A stretch of 64,000 nt of DNA from an uncultured Prolixibacteraceae bacterium (GTDB lineage Bacteria > Bacteroidota > Bacteroidia > Bacteroidales > FEN-979), in NCBI GenBank assembly GCA_964473485.1, contig CAYYPH010000019.1, positions 2,668 through 66,667 of the forward strand, in the 5' to 3' direction. The notes under the pieces were generated by a model, which saw nothing but the letters and a program-made list of their open reading frames with translations, was not told the origin of the DNA and did no database searches. How positions within the stretch are numbered: the stretch's first letter is position 1; every line of letters starts with the position of its first letter. Position numbers and translations under genes: made by a program. Of this stretch, positions 18,361 to 25,876 are shown piece by piece.

Positions 18361-20769
18361 ATGAAGAAAATACTGCCTGTTTTCCGCCGGATCACCTATT
18401 GGGCCTACCTCCTTGTGGCGCTCGTACTGGCGGCGAACACCATTAACCTGATTTATCAGTATAAAGCCGCTCGCAGCGGGGAACACTTCAGCCTGAACAA
18501 CGGTTTTTATATCATCGATTTTATCGGGGAGGATACGCCGGTTGGCCGGACAGAGATAAAAACGGGGGATACCATTGTTTCCTGCAACGGCATTTCGATT
18601 CCGGAATGGACATCGTTTTATCACGGCCAGGTGGCAGGCGATACGCTCATCTTCGGGATCCTAAGGAATAACGTGGAGATTGGGATCCCGGTGATCGAGG
18701 ATTCTTACTTTTCGGAAGGGGCCGGGTATATATGGGCCAGCTACCTTGTTTCAATCCTGGTCAGCATCGGGAGCCTGTATCTGCTGGTCAGGCGTCCGAA
18801 GGATAAGGAGGTCAAATTGTTTTTCATTTATCTGCTTTTAGTGGCGCTCATAAGCGCCCAGCCGAATTTTATACCTTTTCCGCTTCTTCTCCCTGTACTG
18901 GCCAAATCGTTATTCATCATGTTGGGTTCCTTGTATGGCGCCGTCCTGATCCACTTTCACCTTATCTTTCCGCGCCGGGCCTTGATCCTTCAGAAGTTCA
19001 GGCATCTTCCGGTGGTTTTTTACGGAACCGGTGTCGTTGGTTCGTTATTTTTCCTGGTCCGGTACATTCAATGGGTCTATTTTCCGTCCGGTGAAACAGA
19101 TGAACTTTTTTTGACGGCAATACGTATCTCGCTTTATTCCAATACCGCGTTTTTTACGATAGCGCTGGTCATTGCCATCTATCAGTATATCACAATAAAA
19201 AATACCCTTGCAAGGAATCAGCTTATGCTTCTGCTTACCGGATCTTTTTTCGTATTCCTGCCACTTTTCACGTTGGCATTTTTTTACAATTGGGTTACAA
19301 GCATCCCATGGCCTTTTACGGTTGACGTGGCTTCTGCTGCGGGTAACCTGATATTGGTCCTGTGTATCCTGATCGCCGTTTTCCGGTACCGGATCTGGAA
19401 CGTTGAAGTGGTGGTCAGGAAGGCACTGCTTTACCTGACAGCCACCGCAATGATCATCCTGGTCTATTTTTCATTGGTCTGGATCGTTGACCGTCTCCTG
19501 GTCCGTGAGAACAACCTTTCCCGTTTCCTGATACTGGCTGTTTCCGTTACGGCATTCCTGCTTCTCAGGGACCGGATGCAGCGGATGATCGACCGGATAT
19601 TTCACCGTGAAACCTATGATTCGGCCACCGTGGTTTCCGAGTTTGAATCTAAACTGGCGGGCATCTACCGGTTGGATGAACTTACCGCCAGGATCGTTCA
19701 ATCGCTTGACGAGATATTCCATTTCAGGAGCTTTGCCTTCAACCTGAGAAAAGAGGGGCTGGTCTACCGTACGGTCACTTTTCAGGGGACCGGGTATGTC
19801 CCCGACGGTCATGAATTCACCGTCACACGGGAGTTTGATGAAAAGCTGCGAAGATCCGGCGTATTTGCTCCTGCTGAACTCATTAACCCGCAAGAACTCC
19901 CAGGAATACGGGACGAGGAGCTGATCGTGCCGGTCACGAAGGATCATGACCCGCAGGGTTTCTTCCTGTGCGGCCCTAAAAAGTCGGAGCGAATCTATTC
20001 GCAGCAGGATATCCGGGTTCTGTCACTTCTTGCCCAAAGGGTGATCGCATTGCTTCACACCGCTTCGCTCTACCAGAAAGACCTGGACCGCCAGGTCATG
20101 CTGGAACGTGAACGCCATCGCATCTCGCAGGACATGCACGATGATGTCGGTGCAAGCCTTACCAGGATCTCGATTTTAAGCGAGCTGGCCAGGAACAGGC
20201 CGGATTTATCAGGTGAAACCCGTCAATGGCTGGGCCAGATCAGCGAGACCAGCAGGGAGGTGATGGAGGAGATGAGCCAGATCATCTGGGCGCTGAATCC
20301 GAAAAATGATACGTTGAACGGGCTGATCGCTTACATCCGGAGATTTGCCAACGAGTATTTCGAACCAACTTCCATCGCCTGCCGGTTCAACCTGCCTGAA
20401 TCCTTACCCGATTTTACGCTGACCGTCGAGGTCCGCCGAAACATCTACCTGGTCGTAAGGGAAGCCCTGCATAATGCGGTGAAGCATTCCGGGGCCGCTG
20501 AGGTGATGATTGAACTCACCCCCCAATACCTCGGAGCTTCATTGATCTCACCCCCCAACCCCATCTCCTTCAAGGAGAGGGGGAGTAAGGGAGAGAGGTC
20601 CTTCACCCTATCCATCCGCGACAACGGCAAAGGGTTCGATCCCTCCGCCCCGGAATTCCCCGGCAACGGGCTGGTCAACATGAAGAAGAGGATGGAGGAG
20701 ATCGACGGGAGGCTTGAGTTGAAGAGTGTACCAGGTGAAGGAACAATGGTAAAACTTGTGATTCCGTGA
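18361..20769 (+). CDS. Sensor histidine kinase HK3 (PDZ, multi-TM, GAF-like, HisKA_3, HATPase_c), no adjacent regulator
   Basis: PDZ-like IKTGDTIVSCNGISIPEW...GDTLIFGILRNNVE. H-box ERERHRISQDMHDDVGASL, EALHNAVKHS, DNGKGFD...GNGLVNMKKR. The next gene is a FISUMP protein, not a regulator. Confidence 0.85.
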   Translation: MKKILPVFRRITYWAYLLVALVLAANTINLIYQYKAARSGEHFSLNNGFYIIDFIGEDTPVGRTEIKTGDTIVSCNGISIPEWTSFYHGQVAGDTLIFGILRNNVEIGIPVIEDSYFSEGAGYIWASYLVSILVSIGSLYLLVRRPKDKEVKLFFIYLLLVALISAQPNFIPFPLLLPVLAKSLFIMLGSLYGAVLIHFHLIFPRRALILQKFRHLPVVFYGTGVVGSLFFLVRYIQWVYFPSGETDELFLTAIRISLYSNTAFFTIALVIAIYQYITIKNTLARNQLMLLLTGSFFVFLPLFTLAFFYNWVTSIPWPFTVDVASAAGNLILVLCILIAVFRYRIWNVEVVVRKALLYLTATAMIILVYFSLVWIVDRLLVRENNLSRFLILAVSVTAFLLLRDRMQRMIDRIFHRETYDSATVVSEFESKLAGIYRLDELTARIVQSLDEIFHFRSFAFNLRKEGLVYRTVTFQGTGYVPDGHEFTVTREFDEKLRRSGVFAPAELINPQELPGIRDEELIVPVTKDHDPQGFFLCGPKKSERIYSQQDIRVLSLLAQRVIALLHTASLYQKDLDRQVMLERERHRISQDMHDDVGASLTRISILSELARNRPDLSGETRQWLGQISETSREVMEEMSQIIWALNPKNDTLNGLIAYIRRFANEYFEPTSIACRFNLPESLPDFTLTVEVRRNIYLVVREALHNAVKHSGAAEVMIELTPQYLGASLISPPNPISFKERGSKGERSFTLSIRDNGKGFDPSAPEFPGNGLVNMKKRMEEIDGRLELKSVPGEGTMVKLVIP
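20547..20598 (+). repeat. In-frame G/C-rich palindromic element inside the HK3 ATPase domain
   Basis: CTCACCCCCCAACCCCATCTCCTTCAAGGAGAGGGGGAGTAAGGGAGAGAGG encodes ISPPNPISFKERGSKGER. Confidence 0.7.
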
Positions 20770-20796
20770 TATCTCCACCTTTCAGGTCATCCATGT

Positions 20797-20846
20797 AATT
20801 ACTACTTTTTGGTGATACCGCCTGCATTTTTCCCGGAATAACTTTG
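20797..20846 (+). promoter_or_regulatory. Box B operator-promoter, copy 1 (upstream of FISUMP gene)
   Basis: AATTACTACTTTTTGGTGATACC, then TAACTTTG at 20839, 39 nt from TACTAC. ATG at 20861. Confidence 0.55.
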
Positions 20847-20860
20847 ATGGAAAAAACGCC

Positions 20861-22198
20861 ATGAAAAAGACCGTTCTGTTTTCAGCGGTGATGATCCTGT
20901 TTATTCTTCATGTCCCAGGTCAGCGATCATCCCTTAATCTGACATTTACAGCCATCGACAGTGCTGCCTATACCGTTCTCGACCGTATTAAAGTAATGAA
21001 CCGGTCGGGCGGGGGCGATACCGTACTGAACTGGCCCGACACGGTTTTGTCGCTCATTCCGGTATCAATCAGAAATCTCACAAGAGAAAACGACCCGTTC
21101 AGGGTCTTTCAGAACTATCCGAATCCTGTCTTCGATCAGACAATTGTTTCCATTTACATCCCCGGCAAAGACCTTGTGGAGATAAAGATCATTGATCCGT
21201 CGGGCCGTGTTCTGTTAACGGATAAACGAGAACTTGATAAAGGGATCCACTCTTTCCGGTTTATTCCAGGAAGCGGATCCTTTTTTTTCTTCTCTGTCCG
21301 GTGGAGAGACCAACATGGGAGTATCAGGATGTTACGGACAACCGAAGGGTCTTCCGCAAAGACCTCGCTGCACTACCTGGGTCTAAAGGGTTCCAACCCT
21401 CGTTTCAAATCGGCTGCTGCAATTCAGCAATTTTGTTTCTACCCTGGCGATACTTTGCTTTGCATCGGATATGCCGGCGCTTTTGAGTCAGGGATCCTTC
21501 GTGCTCCGGCTACCTCCGAAACACTCACCTTCCGGTTTGCCTCAGGCATCCCCTGTCCGGGTATGCCCACGGTTATTTACGAAGGCCAGGTTTACAACAC
21601 CATCCAGGTGTTCAGCCAGTGCTGGCTGAAGGAGAACCTCAACGTAGGTGCCATGATCAGCGGTAACCAGAACCAGACCAACAACGGGATTATCGAAAAG
21701 TACTGTCACAACAACCAGCCCGACAGCTGCAGCAAATACGGCGGGTTGTACCAATGGGACGAAATGATGCAGTATGCTACGCAGCAGGGTTCACAGGGTA
21801 TCTGCCCCCCGGGCTGGCATATCCCGGCCGATGAGGAGTGGAAAGTGCTGGAAGGAGCCGTAGACAGCCAATACGGGATCGGTCACAGCGTTTGGAACAG
21901 CCAGGGCCTGCGAGGATCTGACGCCGGGAAAAACCTGAAGACCACAGTCGGCTGGAACAACAACGGCAACGGTACCGACCTTTTCGGATTTTCCGCGTTG
22001 CCGGCTGCTTACCGGCTTACCAATGGAACATTTGAGGTAACCGGGATCGAAGCGGTCTGGTGGAACTCCACTCCCTTCATTCCCGACTATGCGTGGTACC
22101 GTAATATCCACCATTTCTCGACGAAAGCCGGCCGTTTTGCCGACTCCTGGAGTTATAAGAATTACGGTTTCAGCGTGAGATGCCTGCGGAATGAATGA
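20861..22198 (+). CDS. Secreted FISUMP-domain (Fibrobacter succinogenes major paralogous domain) protein with an internal Por-tail-like domain
   Basis: Signal peptide MKKTVLFSAVMILFILHVPGQ. C-terminal half has YEGQVYNTIQVFSQCWLKENLNV...GGLYQWDEMM...CPPGWHIPADEEWKVLE...GFSALPAAYR...YGFSVRCL. Confidence 0.75.
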   Translation: MKKTVLFSAVMILFILHVPGQRSSLNLTFTAIDSAAYTVLDRIKVMNRSGGGDTVLNWPDTVLSLIPVSIRNLTRENDPFRVFQNYPNPVFDQTIVSIYIPGKDLVEIKIIDPSGRVLLTDKRELDKGIHSFRFIPGSGSFFFFSVRWRDQHGSIRMLRTTEGSSAKTSLHYLGLKGSNPRFKSAAAIQQFCFYPGDTLLCIGYAGAFESGILRAPATSETLTFRFASGIPCPGMPTVIYEGQVYNTIQVFSQCWLKENLNVGAMISGNQNQTNNGIIEKYCHNNQPDSCSKYGGLYQWDEMMQYATQQGSQGICPPGWHIPADEEWKVLEGAVDSQYGIGHSVWNSQGLRGSDAGKNLKTTVGWNNNGNGTDLFGFSALPAAYRLTNGTFEVTGIEAVWWNSTPFIPDYAWYRNIHHFSTKAGRFADSWSYKNYGFSVRCLRNE

Positions 22199-22207
22199 TT
22201 TCTGGTC

Positions 22208-22259
22208 AAATTACTACTTTTTGGTGATTGAATCCGGCAAGCGGTTGGTGATACCTTTG
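22208..22259 (+). promoter_or_regulatory. Box B operator-promoter, copy 2 (upstream of GH-like propeller/M28)
   Basis: AAATTACTACTTTTTGGTGATTGA, then TACCTTTG at 22252, 40 nt from TACTAC. ATG at 22280. Confidence 0.55.
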
Positions 22260-22279
22260 GTGGAAAAAAAGGAGGTCAT

Positions 22280-23602
22280 ATGAAAAACACATCTACAATT
22301 GTCACAACCTGTGCCTTACTCTGTATCATCATGGGATGGAACAGGGCCGGCGCACAGGATCCGCTTGAGTTCACCGGATCGATCTTCAATCCGGTCCTTG
22401 TACACGGTGGACCTGGTTCGTACGATGAAAACCTGCTCGTCGGATCCAATATTACCTGGTCAGACGGTATTTTCTACCTCTATTATGTGGGGATCGGAAT
22501 GAACGAGCAGGGTGTCTGTCTGGCCACCTCTGTTGATGGTTATATATTTGACAAATCAGAAGATAATCCGCTGCTTACCCCATCAGGCACGGGATTTGAT
22601 TCCCTGGGGGCAGGTAGCGGCCCTGTTGTAAAAGACGGGCAGACCTGGGTCATGTACTACAATGCACGTCAATATCCAGGATGGGGGCCCGGTGAATCTA
22701 CCGGCAGGGCGACCGCCCAGGATCTTACCGGTCCATGGCAGAGGTCGGCGGGGCCTGTGATCACAGTGGGAAGTCCCGGGGAATGGGATGCCGCATTGAT
22801 CAGCACCACTTCTGTTCTTCCCCTTGATACCGGAGGCTTCATCATGTATTACTATGCTTCTGATGACTTCAACAATGCGTGGCTGATGGGGATGGCGACC
22901 TCCCCTGACGGCATCACCTGGAACAAATACAATGACCCGAACACCACCGATCCCCCATATGCCGAAAGCGACCCCATCCTCCCGGCCGGTGCGGCGGGCG
23001 AATTTGATGAATGGGGGGTTGTGGGTTCAGGCGTTGTAAGAATGCACGGTTTTTATCATATGTATTATGCCGGATTGGGTCCGGGTCCCGGCGGATTTCG
23101 CACGGATGTCGGATATGCATACAGTACCGACGGTATCACCTGGGAGAAGTGGCCGGAGAATCCGGTCTATGTGCAGGAGAATGACCCTTACTTTGATCCC
23201 TCCACAATGATCTTCGAAAACAACGCGATCCTGGTCCATGGCGCCTACGTTTACATGTATTATGATTACGGGACAGTTGAGAACGCCATCGGGTTAGCCA
23301 CGGCGCCTAACATCTGGGAAGGCATCGGAGACAGAACGACGAATGACGGATTACGTATGACGAATTATCCCAACCCGGTCCGACAGTCAACCGTTTTCTG
23401 CTATTACCTTGATGAATACACCCATGTGAAACTCGAGGTTTTCGATGGTTACGGTAACAGGATTGCTATACCTGCGGATGAGAGCCAGACGGCCGGAGAA
23501 CAACGGATATTGTGGAATGCCCGCGATCTTCCAGCGGGAATATACAACTACAGGCTGACTGCTAAAGGAATACAGGAAACAGGGAAACTCATCAAACTCT
23601 AA
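22280..23602 (+). CDS. Five-bladed beta-propeller glycoside-hydrolase-like protein (GH43/GH130-type fold) with T9SS tail
   Basis: Signal peptide. Repeated W-x-MYY / DGxxW blade motifs (DGQTWVMYYNA, GGFIMYYYAS, SPDGITWNK, STDGITWEKW). Tail YPNPVRQSTVFCYYL...LPAGIYNYRL...GKLIKL. The exact GH family is not determinable by eye. Confidence 0.55.
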   Translation: MKNTSTIVTTCALLCIIMGWNRAGAQDPLEFTGSIFNPVLVHGGPGSYDENLLVGSNITWSDGIFYLYYVGIGMNEQGVCLATSVDGYIFDKSEDNPLLTPSGTGFDSLGAGSGPVVKDGQTWVMYYNARQYPGWGPGESTGRATAQDLTGPWQRSAGPVITVGSPGEWDAALISTTSVLPLDTGGFIMYYYASDDFNNAWLMGMATSPDGITWNKYNDPNTTDPPYAESDPILPAGAAGEFDEWGVVGSGVVRMHGFYHMYYAGLGPGPGGFRTDVGYAYSTDGITWEKWPENPVYVQENDPYFDPSTMIFENNAILVHGAYVYMYYDYGTVENAIGLATAPNIWEGIGDRTTNDGLRMTNYPNPVRQSTVFCYYLDEYTHVKLEVFDGYGNRIAIPADESQTAGEQRILWNARDLPAGIYNYRLTAKGIQETGKLIKL

Positions 23603-23634
23603 GTGTAGATACTTTGCCCAATTGCCTGAAACAC

Positions 23635-25785
23635 ATGAGATCAATCTTGTATATTATCCTTTTCTTTCCGTTACTGGCTGGTAAAGTTGAAGGCCAGAAT
23701 CCGGTGATTCAGGCTTGCCTGGCAGAGGTGAATGCCGACAGTATCAAGGCAACCATGCAGCGCCTGCAGGATTACGGAACACGTTACTTCATGGCAGGAA
23801 ACCGTAAGGAGATCGCCACCTGGATCATGAACAGGTTCATGGGTTACGGATACACGGCGGCGGCGCTGGATTCGGTACAGATGAAAAATTCCGATACTAC
23901 GCTCTGGCAATACAACGTGGTTTGTACTATTCCCGGCATTAGCGCGCCCGGTGAGATCACTGTCGTCGGAGGTCATTACGACTCTTTCAATACCATCGAC
24001 CCGATGGCCAGCGCCCCGGGAGCGGATGACAATGCTTCGGCCGTTGCGGCTACACTTGAAATGGCAAGGGTGATAAAGGTGACTGGTTACCAGCCCGTAT
24101 CCACCATCCGGTTCGTTCTCTTTGCAGCGGAAGAGTCCGGATTTGTAGGATCCTGGCATCAGGCCGGAAGGTCTGCCGATATGGGTGAAGACATACGGTT
24201 GATGTACAACATGGATATGATCGCCTTCGACACCGGTAACGTCAATACTGTTTTCCTGTTCAATTACAGGGGAGCTGAAAGTGCTTATAATCTGGCTTCC
24301 CGGGCTATTCAGCAATATACCGGACTCGATGTTCTTCCCGGACCCGCTGACCACCAGAACAGATCCGATTCCTATGTTTACCGGGAGAAAGGATACCAGG
24401 TAACCTGGGCGAGAGAAAAAGTATTCAACGTCCATTATCATTCATCTGAGGATATCGTGGCCAACTGCAACCTGTCCTATTGCGCGGAGGTGACCCGCGG
24501 AGTTCTTGCCGGTGTCCTGGAAATGCAGTACCGGCCCTTTCCACAGGGCATGGCTGCTGTCTCGTCTGAAAATGCCGTATCGGTTCACTGGAAACCCTGC
24601 CGCAACGGCAACCTGAAAGGCTTCAACATCTACCGGTCGGAAAACGACAGCAACGCTTTTCAGAGACTAAACACAACGATGGTCAGGGATACGTTTTTTG
24701 TGGATCATTCCGTTCATCTGTCAAGAGATTATTATTACTATGTAACGCTTGTTAACGATTCCATGCAGGAAAGCGTCCCTTCTCCAACGGTCAATGGGGC
24801 GCGGTTCAGATTCACCGACACACTTCTCGTGGTGGCCTGCCTGAAAGGTGAACAAAACACGCCCGATTCAATCCGGAACTTCTATGATTCCGTTCTCGAC
24901 AGCATCCCTCACCGGTGGTTCGAAATGAACAAAAGTTCGCACCTCACCCTGGCCACAATGTCACATTACCGGAATATGCTGTGGGTGATCAATTCCCTGG
25001 AATACGATAAGATTACCGTTCAGGTTGCACACGACCTTGAAGTCTTCTTCGCCAACCACGGAAACATGATGTTCGCTGGATTTTCATTTGCCCGGTTCAT
25101 GTTGGGCAACATTGGATTTCCGTCAAAGATCCCTGAAACTTCAATCCCTTTCCGATATTTCAGGGCCGACTCGGTCGATAAAAGGATCTACAGCTATATG
25201 TACCGGACTTACCCGGATGATGAGGACTATGATACCTTGTATGTGGACACCCTGAAGAGTTTCAAACCGGGTTTCCCCGGGGAACTTTACAATATTGAGG
25301 TCTGTACCCCTGCCTTCGGAGGAAATCCAATTTACCGGTTCGATTCGAAGTACGATCCAGGAACCACCCAGGGCGCCCAGCAGGGAAAGATTGTGGGAAT
25401 GGAATATATGGGCAATGACTTCCGTACGTTACTCCTTAGCTTCCCACTCTTTTACCTGGATACTTCCGATGCAAGGAGGCTGATGACCTACGTAGTAAGG
25501 AGCAGGTTTGCAAATCAAACGGGGGAACCAGAGGCCGGACGCCCGGCATGGTCATCCCTTCAAATCTATCCGAATCCCTCCCCTGATTTGATTACCATTG
25601 CCGGCAATGAAGTCAGTATCCGCGGAGAGTTGTCGGTGATCCATATGAGCGGCCGGTTGGCGCTCAGGCAGCCCATCGGCCCTGGCAGATCCACCCTGAA
25701 CATCGGTTCATTGCCGGCAGGTATCTATATCGTGAAGATCGTTTATGAAAATGGTTGTTTCGCAGGCAAATTCATCAAAAATTAG
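23635..25785 (+). CDS. M28-family metallopeptidase with extra domains and T9SS tail
   Basis: The start is trimmed to MRSILYIILFFPLLAGKVEGQ. Has GGHYDS, GADDNASAVAATLEMARV and FAAEESGFVGSW, then an FN3-like segment (VHWKPCRNGNLKGFNIYRS). Tail YPNPSPDLITIAG...LPAGIYIVKI...GKFIKN. Confidence 0.8.
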   Translation: MRSILYIILFFPLLAGKVEGQNPVIQACLAEVNADSIKATMQRLQDYGTRYFMAGNRKEIATWIMNRFMGYGYTAAALDSVQMKNSDTTLWQYNVVCTIPGISAPGEITVVGGHYDSFNTIDPMASAPGADDNASAVAATLEMARVIKVTGYQPVSTIRFVLFAAEESGFVGSWHQAGRSADMGEDIRLMYNMDMIAFDTGNVNTVFLFNYRGAESAYNLASRAIQQYTGLDVLPGPADHQNRSDSYVYREKGYQVTWAREKVFNVHYHSSEDIVANCNLSYCAEVTRGVLAGVLEMQYRPFPQGMAAVSSENAVSVHWKPCRNGNLKGFNIYRSENDSNAFQRLNTTMVRDTFFVDHSVHLSRDYYYYVTLVNDSMQESVPSPTVNGARFRFTDTLLVVACLKGEQNTPDSIRNFYDSVLDSIPHRWFEMNKSSHLTLATMSHYRNMLWVINSLEYDKITVQVAHDLEVFFANHGNMMFAGFSFARFMLGNIGFPSKIPETSIPFRYFRADSVDKRIYSYMYRTYPDDEDYDTLYVDTLKSFKPGFPGELYNIEVCTPAFGGNPIYRFDSKYDPGTTQGAQQGKIVGMEYMGNDFRTLLLSFPLFYLDTSDARRLMTYVVRSRFANQTGEPEAGRPAWSSLQIYPNPSPDLITIAGNEVSIRGELSVIHMSGRLALRQPIGPGRSTLNIGSLPAGIYIVKIVYENGCFAGKFIKN

Positions 25786-25803
25786 GCGGTAGAACTGTTC
25801 ACC

Positions 25804-25846
25804 GGCGAGGGGCAATTCAACAATTTGCCTCTCGCCACCTTTTTTC
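25804..25846 (+). terminator. Rho-independent terminator after the M28 peptidase gene
   Basis: GGCGAGGGGCAA / TTGCCTCTCGCC forms a 12-bp stem (one G-U) with an 8-nt loop, followed by ACCTTTTTTC. Confidence 0.7.
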
Positions 25847-25876
25847 ATACATTTACTACGGCCAACATCACCTTCC

